Source: Eledone cirrhosa | Lineage: Eukaryota | Assembly (NCBI GenBank): GCA_964016885.1 | Contig: OZ024743.1 | Coordinates: 241,490,001-241,554,000 of the forward strand | DNA length: 64,000 bases | Direction of reading: 5' to 3' | In this document: piece by piece, positions 36,747-48,353 of the stretch | How positions within the stretch are numbered: the first letter of the stretch is position 1 | Layout: each line of letters opens with the position of its first letter | The notes under the pieces: model-generated | What the model saw: the letters and a program-made list of their open reading frames with translations, nothing else | The model's database searches: none | What the model was told of the DNA's origin: nothing | Translations under genes and position numbers: made by a program

Positions 36747-38843
36747 ATGGCTACGAAAAAGAAATTTCATACGTCACTCCCACTCATTCCGTTTTCTTCT
36801 TCCTCAATCATCACTACAGCAGAGAGAAGATTGTCTCTCTCCCTCCCTTCTTTAAATGTGTCTCTCTCCCTCCCTTCTCTTTCGCAAGCGACGAAAGAAA
36901 AGAAAAGTCTCGTGCAAAGCGTGCAAGGTTTCTCCACGACGACGACGACAGCGACGAAACAGGTGTGCGGGAAATACGAAAACCCAGTTCATTCGTCTGA
37001 CGTCAGGAATAATAGCAGTAGCAGCCGTAATAACAACAGCAACAGTGACAATGAAAACAACAGTAGCAGCCGCAACAGCATCACCAGCAGCATAAACAAC
37101 AACAGCATTAGCAGCAGCAACACCAACAACAACCACAGCAACAGCGGCGGAGGCAGTAGTCGTAGTACCTGCAGCAACAACAAAAGTAACAGCAGCTCTG
37201 ACGACAACAACAACAGCAGAGAAAAACCAATCTCATTTGCAGGTATTGCGAAAAACTTGGAAACAATCCTCATAACAAATGAGGAATTAGAGGAAGCGAA
37301 GAAGATGGTGACAAAGAACGGACACCGAGCAATCTGCAAGGCAGCGAAAAATTTTTTCGAAACCCAAGAGCACTGTACGGTCACGTACCGTACAGTAAGT
37401 ACAAAATCCCGTAGGGTGGAAAGAGCCACAGAGGCCCAAATACAAAAAGCCTTGGGGTCTGTGTGGCAGAGGAAAACGCACATCACCCGAGGCAAAAAAT
37501 ACGCCACCGTAGACGTACTTTTTGCCACACCCCAGGAGGCAAAGGCCCAATCAGTAGTGACCCTAAGGAGCGAGGAAATGGTGTTGGTGCCCTCCTACTG
37601 CGGGCAAAAAATTGTGAGGGTCAAACTGACCCACGCCCCCCCCGGAATGACCCCTTCTTGGCTGGCCGCGTCTGTCCTCGTCGGAATCGAGGACAAAACA
37701 ACTGTACTGCAAGTACAGAAAAAAGTAAGAGAAGATTGGGTCGGCTCCTCCATTGAGATGCTAATCCAAACCAACCAGGAGTGCATCGAAGCTATCCCGG
37801 ATGTGATAGACTTCGATAACGGCACTCAACTGCCCATAAGTGTTGAGGGCAAACGCCCGAAATGCTTTCGCTGTGGATCGAAGACTCACCTCAGGGCCTT
37901 CTGCAACGAGAAGACCCTGAGAAAGGAGAAAACCCCCCTCCTTCCGAATCCGGCTCCACGGCTACCAGCAACAGGACAAGCGGCAACCAGGAACGATAGG
38001 TCCGTGGCACCCATACCCACTCCACGGAAATCAAAGACAGCAGCAGCAGTGGAAATATTAACAACAACAACACCAATACCAAATGCAGCTGCAACAGAGA
38101 CTCCAGTGCAAACATCACCAACAACAACAAGTGAAAGAGTGGAGCTGGTACCCCTCCCCGACCTTACAGAATCAGACATGGAGTGTGAGGTGGGAGAGGG
38201 ATGGCAAAAGGTCGCAAGAAGGCACAAACGCAGAAGCAGCGCATCGTCGCCTTTGAAAAGGGAGGAAAGAAATGAGAAAAGGGTAAAGTCTACTGCAAAG
38301 AGACCCACAGCAGCAACACCACCAACACCATCACCACCCACACCAGCACCACCATCACCACCGGCGACAACCCCACCGCCAACAACACCTTCAACACCAC
38401 CACCACAAGCACCAACATCGCAAACACAACAACAAAACACACACACCCAGCAACAACGACAAGAAAATAGCAGAACCACACCCCACCCCCAGAAAAACAA
38501 ATGCACGGCAATAAATACACACAACAAGAAACTAATGACTTACATAATTGAACACACAGACATTTCACAACAGGACTACATAATACCAGCACCAATCAAA
38601 ACGCCAACTAACATAAGACTGCTAAAAATAGCACAGAAACAATACACAAACATTAAAACGAAATTCCCCAACGCAGTTGGTGATTTCAGGGACCTAGGAG
38701 GAACCATCAATCGAAGAGTATACTCAGACATTCTCTTAGAAGAGCCGACGACCAGCCGAAGGGACGATTCAACGGTCCATTCACCAGACGATCAAGTGAA
38801 AAGGGATGTAAAAACCATCCCTCCTCTACCAAAAGTACGGTAA
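36747..38843 (+). CDS. ORF1 (gag-like, CCHC zinc knuckle) of copy B
   Basis: First ATG at 36747, in a context (aaaaacATGGCTA) like that of copy A. CFRCGSKTHLRAFC knuckle, Ser/Asn- and Pro/Thr-rich linkers and a basic NLS-like patch. Confidence 0.9.
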   Translation: MATKKKFHTSLPLIPFSSSSIITTAERRLSLSLPSLNVSLSLPSLSQATKEKKSLVQSVQGFSTTTTTATKQVCGKYENPVHSSDVRNNSSSSRNNNSNSDNENNSSSRNSITSSINNNSISSSNTNNNHSNSGGGSSRSTCSNNKSNSSSDDNNNSREKPISFAGIAKNLETILITNEELEEAKKMVTKNGHRAICKAAKNFFETQEHCTVTYRTVSTKSRRVERATEAQIQKALGSVWQRKTHITRGKKYATVDVLFATPQEAKAQSVVTLRSEEMVLVPSYCGQKIVRVKLTHAPPGMTPSWLAASVLVGIEDKTTVLQVQKKVREDWVGSSIEMLIQTNQECIEAIPDVIDFDNGTQLPISVEGKRPKCFRCGSKTHLRAFCNEKTLRKEKTPLLPNPAPRLPATGQAATRNDRSVAPIPTPRKSKTAAAVEILTTTTPIPNAAATETPVQTSPTTTSERVELVPLPDLTESDMECEVGEGWQKVARRHKRRSSASSPLKREERNEKRVKSTAKRPTAATPPTPSPPTPAPPSPPATTPPPTTPSTPPPQAPTSQTQQQNTHTQQQRQENSRTTPHPQKNKCTAINTHNKKLMTYIIEHTDISQQDYIIPAPIKTPTNIRLLKIAQKQYTNIKTKFPNAVGDFRDLGGTINRRVYSDILLEEPTTSRRDDSTVHSPDDQVKRDVKTIPPLPKVR

Positions 38844-38878
38844 GTGGTCTTTCCCATCTTTTCCACTCTATTTTAAAC

Positions 38879-41800
38879 ATGACCTCACTCAGAATAGGCA
38901 GCATAAATGCGCGTGGCTTGGGGTCGTCATGGAAGCAGGGTCACCTGCTCAACGACCTCAGGTCACTAAACATAGATGTAGTGGCCATCAACGAGACCAG
39001 AATCTCCGAAGCACGGGCCTTCGCACCGATCTTCGGCGGCTACGATGTGTACGCATCTCCCAGCCGTCCTGGATCGGGTGGAGGAGTTGCTGTGCTTTTT
39101 CGGAGAGATTTGGATCTCGCCATACGGGCCATCTTCCTGGACCCAGAGGGTAAGCTGGTGGTGCTGGACGTGACCAGCGGAGACGGGCAAGCTTTCAGGC
39201 TAGTGGCCGTCTATGCCCCGACAGGAGCAGGGCGGCCTGATTTCTTCCGGCGTCTGGAGACCTTTCTTGGAACGTCCCGCTCTTTAGTGTTAGTGGGCGA
39301 CTGGAACGGGATCTTAGATGCACGCTGGGACTGTGTGGGATTAGCGGATAGGGGTGGAGGGTGCAAGAGCCTCACCAACCTGCTCAGGCGTTTTGAACTG
39401 TCTGACAGGTACCGATTGGATTTCCCGAATGTGCCAATGTGGACTTGGACAAACCGCATTGTGTCATCCAGATCATATCTAGATAGAGTATTTTGTAGGG
39501 AAATAGATAGGTCTAGCATAGGCTGTCCACAATTCAAGATAGTCAGCTACACGGACCACAAATTCGTGACCTGTGTGCTTGACTTAGATAGGCTTCATAG
39601 ACGAGGACCCGGCTACTGGAAGCTAAACGCGTCCTTACCAGCGCGCAAGGCCTACAGAGACCGGATTAGCGAACTAGTTAAGCGGGCGTTGACGGGGGCC
39701 ATCGTCAACAACAAGTGGTGGTTTGCTCTGAAAAGAGCGATTAGAATAGAATCGATTAGGTTTAGTAAGGCTTTAGCAATAGAGAAAAATAGAGCAGAGG
39801 GAGAACTAGTTAGAAAATTAGACGAGGCGCTTAGCAAAGGCATTGCGACCGACGTGCTTGCGGCGAAATTGGCCCTTGACCAATTCTTCAATGCAAAGCA
39901 CGAAGGCTGCGTTGTCAGAGCTAGGGTGCGTGCTCTCAGACACGAGGGGACGAAAGCCATTCAATGGGCCCGAGTGGCGGAGGCGCGTCGTGGCAACAAA
40001 GCCACGATCCGGTCTTTGGTGGACCACGACGGGAGCATGCTACTCGATCCCGGGCAAATGTGTGAAGCTTTTCAGCGACACTTCGCTCAGCTGTTCGGGG
40101 GCAGCGGGGGACCGGGTAGAGGGATGGACTTTAGTGTCTACCTCGACGGACTGCCGCGGCTCTCGGCCACTGAGGCGAAGTGTTGCGAAAAGCCGATAAC
40201 AGCCGCTGAAGTAAGGGAGGCAATGACTGGCTGCACAAGGGGTAAATCGCCTGGTTTGGATGGTCTGCCCTATGAACTTTACGTACAGATGCCAGACTTG
40301 TTCGGAGGCCTCTTGGCGGACGTCTACTGCAACTGGCAACAGAACGGGAGAATTCCCAGTTCTGTGAGCCGAGGAGCGGTGGCACTGCTGAGAAAGGATC
40401 CGAACAAGGGGGATAACATAGACAATTTCCGGCCCATAACTCTGCTAAACACAGAGTTTAAGATTTTGGCCAAGGTGCTAGCAAAGAGGTTGGCGCTTGT
40501 CGTTGGTGGTCTGGTGGGAGAGGCGCAGACATGCGCCATTCCCGACAGATCCATCCACGACAACCTCCACCTCATGCGATACATCGTAGAGAGGGTAGCT
40601 AGGGAACCTGGCACGGGTGGGTCCTTGATCAATTTAGATCAGTCGAAAGCTTTCGATAGGGTCGACCATCGTTACCTAGCGGCAGTCCTGAGGGCGGCTG
40701 GCTTTGGGCCCGTCTTCAGAGGCTGGATCGCTGCCATGCACAGCGACATCTGCTCTGTGGTGAGAGTGAACGGTCACCTGTCGGAACCGTTCAACATCAT
40801 GCGCTCGGTCCGCCAAGGATGTCCCCTCTCGTCCCTCTTGTACGTATTGACTCTCGAGCCATTACTGCACAAACTGGAGACGTTGAGGGGAGTCCCGCGC
40901 GAACTAGGATGCGGAAGATCCGTGTCAGCATATGCCGACGATGTCACCGTAGTGGTGTCGAACGCCAAACACATCGAGGCGATCGGCACTACACTAAGAG
41001 AATACGAAGCGGTGACAGGAGCAATGATCAACCAGGAAAAGTCAGTGGGCCTGCAGCTCGGCACCTGGAGAGGCAGGTCCATGCCGTCCAACAGCGTCGT
41101 CGGGCGCTGGACGGACGGACCGGTTAAATTGCTAGGGGTCTGGTTCGGTCCGGACCTCCAGACGGACAAAAACTGGGACGAGGTGACGAGCAGGGTGGCT
41201 TCTCTCACCCAGAAATGGGCGGAGAGGAAGCTATCCCTGAAAGGTCGAGCGGAGGTGGCTAACGCGTACATCGCGTCTGTCATCTGCTACCGCCTAACCG
41301 TCGTACCTTGCCCTAAGCCTCGCCTGACTGCGCTGGAGCGTTTGCTCTTTCGCTTTTTGTGGAAGGGACGTGCTCCGATGGTCAGGCGGTCCATCTGTTG
41401 TCAACACCCGCTACGTGGAGGGCTGGGCATGCCGTGGCTGATGATGCGCAGGCACGCGCTCAGGCTACGACATCTCCACCTCTTCCTCGACGGTGATCAG
41501 GTGTGGTCGCCGTTTGCTAGACGCGTTTTTCCCCAGCTCGTTTCCTTGACGGAGCTGCAGTCCTGGGTCAAGCGAAGACCGAGAGGGAGCGCCTGGAGAC
41601 TGGAATGTCTTCAGGCGCTCACAGCCCTCGACCAATCGGGCAATGTGATCGGTGGAAACTCCACCTCGGCGTTCTATAGAGGATTAGTGGAGGGGAAGAG
41701 CGACGACGTACTTGGGGAAACTCTAGGCGTCGACGAAAATCAACTAGCCAATCTCTTCGGAAGAACTTTCGGGCCAGGGCCTATGGACAACTTCCAGAAA

Positions 41801-42298
41801 TCTCTGGCCTGGCAGTGCTACCGAGGAGCCTTGCCAGTTCGGGATAAACTCTACAGGCATGGAGGTGCCGTCAGCCGGGCATGTCCGATATGCGCGCAGG
41901 GCGACGAAACCGTCCTGCACGCACTCGTCCAGTGTCCGAAAATTGCTGACTTGTGGGTTTATGTCGAACACCTGCTGTCGCGTTTAGGACGGATCCAGCT
42001 ATCATCTGAGTCTATCGTGAGGATTGCCCCGCCCTCCTCCTTTAACCGGGAAGGGCAGGCAGTTTTTATCTGTCTGGTGGCCATGGCGAAAGAGATAGTA
42101 TGGTGGACACGTTTGAAAGGGCTGAAGACGAGCACTTACCTCTTCGGTGATGCTCTGATTGACTTTTTCAAATTTCATTTGAAAAGGAAAATCAGAGTAG
42201 AGAAGGAAGTGCTCTCTTCCCAGCATTTTGTTGAAAGATGGGTGAGAGAAGCAAGAATGGCCCGAGTGAATGGGCCGACTCTGAGTATATATCTGTAA
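38879..42298 (+). CDS. ORF2 of copy B: APE + RT + zinc finger (1139 aa)
   Basis: Same motifs and same length as copy A, differing only by scattered substitutions. Confidence 0.97.
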   Translation: MTSLRIGSINARGLGSSWKQGHLLNDLRSLNIDVVAINETRISEARAFAPIFGGYDVYASPSRPGSGGGVAVLFRRDLDLAIRAIFLDPEGKLVVLDVTSGDGQAFRLVAVYAPTGAGRPDFFRRLETFLGTSRSLVLVGDWNGILDARWDCVGLADRGGGCKSLTNLLRRFELSDRYRLDFPNVPMWTWTNRIVSSRSYLDRVFCREIDRSSIGCPQFKIVSYTDHKFVTCVLDLDRLHRRGPGYWKLNASLPARKAYRDRISELVKRALTGAIVNNKWWFALKRAIRIESIRFSKALAIEKNRAEGELVRKLDEALSKGIATDVLAAKLALDQFFNAKHEGCVVRARVRALRHEGTKAIQWARVAEARRGNKATIRSLVDHDGSMLLDPGQMCEAFQRHFAQLFGGSGGPGRGMDFSVYLDGLPRLSATEAKCCEKPITAAEVREAMTGCTRGKSPGLDGLPYELYVQMPDLFGGLLADVYCNWQQNGRIPSSVSRGAVALLRKDPNKGDNIDNFRPITLLNTEFKILAKVLAKRLALVVGGLVGEAQTCAIPDRSIHDNLHLMRYIVERVAREPGTGGSLINLDQSKAFDRVDHRYLAAVLRAAGFGPVFRGWIAAMHSDICSVVRVNGHLSEPFNIMRSVRQGCPLSSLLYVLTLEPLLHKLETLRGVPRELGCGRSVSAYADDVTVVVSNAKHIEAIGTTLREYEAVTGAMINQEKSVGLQLGTWRGRSMPSNSVVGRWTDGPVKLLGVWFGPDLQTDKNWDEVTSRVASLTQKWAERKLSLKGRAEVANAYIASVICYRLTVVPCPKPRLTALERLLFRFLWKGRAPMVRRSICCQHPLRGGLGMPWLMMRRHALRLRHLHLFLDGDQVWSPFARRVFPQLVSLTELQSWVKRRPRGSAWRLECLQALTALDQSGNVIGGNSTSAFYRGLVEGKSDDVLGETLGVDENQLANLFGRTFGPGPMDNFQKSLAWQCYRGALPVRDKLYRHGGAVSRACPICAQGDETVLHALVQCPKIADLWVYVEHLLSRLGRIQLSSESIVRIAPPSSFNREGQAVFICLVAMAKEIVWWTRLKGLKTSTYLFGDALIDFFKFHLKRKIRVEKEVLSSQHFVERWVREARMARVNGPTLSIYL

Positions 42299-42563
42299 AC
42301 TAAAGGTGGAAAACTGGGAGAGGGCACTTGCCTTGGTGGTCAGGGTCATTGTGGCTTTTTACTGGGCTTTCTCCACAAATGTCCCTCCGAAGTCCCCCCC
42401 CCCCCCTATTGGGGAATTTTTCATTGTTATTTTCATTGTTATTTTTGTTACATCCTCTGTTTTTGTTTTTTTACACGCAGAAATGCCCATTTGTACCGTC
42501 CTGCATTGTCCTGCACTGTCCTTAATGTCTACTTTATGTAAACCCTTGTGGTTAATAAAGAAA

Positions 42564-42565
<2 letters not shown>

Positions 42566-42639
<74 letters not shown>

Positions 42640-42685
42640 CAGTAGTTGTAGTAGTGGCGGTGGGGTGGTAGTAGTAGTAGTAATA

Positions 42686-42721
<36 letters not shown>

Positions 42722-42775
42722 GTAGTAATAGTAGTAGTAGTAGTAGCAGTAGTAGTAGTAGTGGCGGTGGGGTGG

Positions 42776-42817
<42 letters not shown>

Positions 42818-42870
42818 AAGCGGCGGCAGCAACAACAGCGGCAACAGCAGCAACAGTAGTAGTAGTAGTT

Positions 42871-42907
<37 letters not shown>

Positions 42908-42910
42908 CTG
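42566..42910 (+). repeat. (ATT)n followed by (AGT)n: right border of the cluster
   Basis: Seen directly in the sequence. Confidence 0.95.
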
Positions 42911-43099
42911 TGGCGATGATGACGGATGTTGGTTATAGAAAGGCTAGTGGTATACGTACATGTTATCATATTGACGAAACAAAAATACAGCCTTTGCAAC
43001 GACAGAATCAGCAGCCATAAAAGAAGCGAGCTTTAGTGCAGAGTAAAATGGAAGAAAAGGATCAAAATCTTGCAGTCATGTTAATAGTAACTGTCTATA

Positions 43100-43212
43100 T
43101 AGATAATAACAACAACAACAATAGTAACACCAAGAACTGTATCGATAACAGCAGCAGCAGCTGTAATAGCAGCAACAACCACAACAATGAAAGCAAAGTC
43201 AACAGCAGCAAT

Positions 43213-43243
<31 letters not shown>

Positions 43244-43419
43244 GCAACAACAGCAACAATGAAAGCAAAGTCAACAGCAGCTATAACAACAACAACAACA
43301 ACAACAACAACAGCAACAACAACAGCAATGAAAGCAATGTCAACAGCAGCAATAACAACAACAACAACAACAACAACAGCAACAACAACAGCAATGAAAG
43401 CAATGTCAACAGCAGCAAT

Positions 43420-43462
<43 letters not shown>

Positions 43463-46400
43463 GCAACAACAACAGTAATGAAAGCAATGTCAACAGCAGC
43501 AATAACAATATCACCAACCACAACAGTAACAACAACAATGAAAGCAATGTCAACAGCAGCAATAACAACAACAACAGCAACCACAAAAGTAACAACAACG
43601 ATGAAAGCAATGTCAAAAGCAGCAATAACAACAACAACACCAACCACAACAGTAAGAACAACAATGAAACCAATGTCAACCGCAGCAATAACAACAACAA
43701 CACCAACCACAACAGTAACAACAACAATGAAAGCAATGTCAACTGCAGCAATAACAACAACAACACCAACCACAACAGTAACAACAACAATGAAACCAAT
43801 GTCAACAGCAGCAATAACAACAACAACACCAACCACAAAAGTAACAACAACAATGAAAGCAATGTCAACAGCAGCAATAACAACAACAACAACAACAACA
43901 ACCACAACAGTAACCACAAAAATGAAAGAAATGTCAACAGCAGCAATAACAACAACAACAACACCAACCACAACAGCAACAACAACAACAATGAAAGCAA
44001 TGTCAACAGCAGCAATAACAACAACAACAACACCAACCACAACAGTAACAACAACAATGAAAGCAATGTCAACAGCAGCAATAACAACAACAACAACAAC
44101 CACAACAGTAACCACAACAATGAAAGCAATGTCAACAGCAGCAATAACAACAACAACAACAACACCAACCACAACAGCAACAACAACAATTAAAGCAATG
44201 TCAACAGCAGCAATAACAACAACAACAACACCAACCACAACAGCAACAACAACAATTAAAGCAATGTCAACAGCAGCAATAACAACAACAACACCAACCA
44301 CAACAGTAACAACAACAACGAAAGCAATGTCAACAACAACACCAAACCCAACCGTAACAACAACAACAATGAAACCGATGTCAACAGCAGCAATAACAAC
44401 AACAACCATGACAGTAACAACAACAATGAGAGCAATGTCAACAGCAGCAATAACAACAACAACACCAACCACAACAGTAACAACAACTGCAATGAAAGCA
44501 ATGTCAACAGCAGCAATAACAACAACAACACCAACCACAACAGTAACAACAACAATGAAAGCAATGTCAACAGCAGCAATAACAATAACACCAACCACAA
44601 CAGTAACAACAACAATGAAAGCAATGTCAACAGCAGCAATAACAATAACAACACCAACCACAACAGTAACAACAACAATGAAAGTAATGTCAACAGCAGC
44701 AATAACAACAACAACACCAACCACAAAAGTAACAACAACAATGAAAGCAATGTCAACAGCAGCAATAACAACAACAACACCAACCACAACAGTAACAACA
44801 ACAATGAAAGCAATGTCAACAGCAGCAATAACAACAACACACCAACCACAACAGTAACAACAACAATGAAAGCAATGTCAACAGCAGCAATAACAACGAC
44901 AACAACACCAACCACAACAGTAACAACAACAATGAAAGCAATGTCAACAGCAGCAATAACAACAACACCACCAACAACAACAGTAACAACAACAACAATG
45001 AAAGCAATGTCAACAGCAGCAATAACAACAACAACAATACCAACCACAACAGTAACAACAACTGCAATGAAACCAATTTCAACAACAGCAATAACAACAA
45101 CAACACCAACCACAAAAGTAACAACAACAATGAAAGCAATGTCAACAGCAGCAATAACAACAACAACACCAACCACAACAGTAACAACAACAATGAAAGC
45201 AATGTCAACAGCAGCAATAACAACAACAACACCAACCACGACAGTAACAACAACAACAATGAAAGCAATGTCAACAGCAGCAATAACAACAACAACACCA
45301 TCCACAACAGTAACAACAACAATGAAACCAATGTCAACAGCAGCAATAACAACAACAACAATAACCACAACAGTAACAACAACAATGAAAGCAATGTCAA
45401 CAGCAGCAATAACAACAACAACAACAACAACAACCACAACAGTAACCACAACAATGAAATAAATGTCAACAGCAGCAATAACAACAACAACACCGACCTC
45501 AACCGTAACAACAACAATGAAACCAATGTCAACAGCAGCAATAACACCAACAACAACAACCACGACAGTAACAACAACAATGAGAGCAATGTCAACTGCA
45601 GCAATAACAACAACAATAACTACAACAGTAACAACAACAATGAAAGCAATGTCAACAGCAGCAATAACGACAACAACACCAACCACAACATTAACAACAA
45701 CAATGAAAGCAATGTCAACAGCAGCAATAACAACAACACCACCAACCACAACAGGAACAACAACTGCAATGAAACCGATGTCAACAGCAGCAATAACAAT
45801 AACAACACCAACCACAACAGTAACAACAACAATGAAAGCAATGTCAACAGCAGCAATAACAACAACAACAACAACAACCACAACAGTAACAACAACAATG
45901 AAAGCAATGTCAACAGCAGCAATAACAACAACAACACCAACCACAACAGTAACAAAAACAATGAAAGCAATGTCAACAGCAGCAATAACGACAACAACAC
46001 CAACCACAACAGTAACAACAACTGCAATGAAAGCAATGTCAACAGCAGCAATAACAACAACAACACCAACCACAATAGTAACAACAACAATGAAACCAAT
46101 GTACCCAGCAGCAATAACAACAACAACACCAACCACAACAGTAACAACAACAATGAAAGCAATGTCAAGAGCAGCAATAACAACAACGACACCAACCACA
46201 ACAGTAACAACAACAACAATGAAACCAATGTCACCAGCAGCAATAACAACAACAACACCAACCACAACAGTAACAACAACAATGAAAGCAATGTCAACAG
46301 CAGCAATAACAACAACGACACCAACCACAACAGTAACAGCAACAACAATGAAACCAATGTCAACAGCAGTAATAATAACAACAACACCAACCACAACAGT

Positions 46401-48319
46401 AACAACAGCAATGAAACCAATGTCAACAGCAGCAATAACAACAACAACACCAACCACAACAGTAACAACAACAACAATGAAAGCAATGTCAACAGCAGCA
46501 ATAACAAGAACAACACCAACCACAATAGTAACAACAACAATGAAACCAATGTCAACAGCAGCAATAACAACAACAACAATACCCACAACAGTAACAACAA
46601 CTGCAATGAAAGCAATGTCAACAGCAGCAATAACAACAACAACAATAACCACAACAGTAACAACAACTGCAATGAAAGCAATGGCAACAGCAGCAATAAC
46701 AACAACAACAACAACCACAACAGTAACAACAACAATGAAAGCAATGTCAACAGCAGCAATAACAACAACAACACCAACCACAACAGTAACAACAACAATG
46801 AAAACAATGGCAACAGCAGCAATAACAACAACAACAACAACCACAACAGTAGCAACAACAATGAAACCAATGTCAACAGCAGCAATAACAACAACAACAC
46901 CAACCACAACAGTAACAACAACAATGAAAGCAATGTCAACAGCAGCAATAACAACAACAACACCAACCACAACAGTAACAACAACAATGAAAGCAATGTC
47001 AACAGCAGCAATAACACCAACAGCACCAACCACAACAGTAACAACAACTGCAATGAAACCAATGTCAACAGCAGCAATAACAACAACAACACCAACCACA
47101 ACAGTAACAACAACAAAGAAAGCAATGTCAACAGCAGCAACAACAACAACAACACCAACTACAACAGTAACAACAACAATGAAAGCAATGTCAACAGCAG
47201 CAATAACAACAACAACACCAACCACATCAATAACAACAACTGCAATGAAACCAATGTCAACAGCAGCAATAACAACAACAACACCAACCACAACAGTAAC
47301 AACAACAATGAAAGCAATGTCAACAGCAGCAATAACAACGATAACACCAACCACAACAGTAACAACAACAATGAGAGCAATTTCAACAGCAGCAATAACA
47401 ACAACATCACCAACCACAACAGTAACAACAACAACAATGAAAGCAATGTCAACAGCAGCAATAACAACAACAACACCAACCACAACAGTAACAACAACAA
47501 TGAAAGCAATGTCAACAGCAGCAATAACAACGATAACACCAACCACAACAGTAACAACAACAATGAAAGCAATGTCAACGGCAGCAATAACAACAACAAC
47601 AACAACCACAACAGTAACAACAACAACAACACCAACCACAACAGTAACAACAACAATGAAAGCAATGTCAACAGCAGCAGTAACAACAACAACACCAACC
47701 ACAACAGTAACAACAATAATGAAAGCAATGCCAACAGCAGCAATAACAACAACAACTCCAACCACAACAGTAACAACAACAATGAAAGCAATGTCACAGC
47801 AGCAATAATAACAACAACAATAACCACAACGGTAACAACAACAATGAAAGCAATGTCAACAGCAGCAATAACAACAACAACACCAACCACAACAGTAACA
47901 ACAACAATCAAAGCAATGTCAACAGCAGCAATAACAACAACAACACCAACCACAACAGTAACAACAACAATGAAAGCAATGCCAACAGCAGCAATAACAA
48001 CAACAACAATAACCACAACAGTAACAACAACAATGAAAGCAATGTCAACAGCAGCAATAACAACAACAACAATAACCACAACAGTAACAACAAAAATGAA
48101 ACCAATGTCAACAGCAGCAATAACAACAACAACACCAACCACAACAGTAACAACAACAACAATGAAAGCAATGTCAACAGCAGCAATAACAACAACAACA
48201 CCAACCACAACAGTAACAACAACAATGAAACCAATGTCAACAGCAGCAATAACAACAACAACACCAACCACAACTTTAACAACAACAATGAAAGCAATGT
48301 CAACAGCAGCAATAACAAC

Positions 48320-48353
<34 letters not shown>

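Larger units (their letters stand above)
36534..42565 (+). mobile_element. Full-length Tx1-clade LINE, copy B (both ORFs intact)
   Basis: Starts with G after the (ATT)n spacer at 36511-36533. AATAAA at 42554, then (ATT)n. Confidence 0.93.

Noticed and set aside
32813-42349. Short overlapping and antisense ORFs conserved between the two Tx1 copies
   Set aside because: The conservation follows simply from near-identical ORF2 DNA, and they have no domains of their own.
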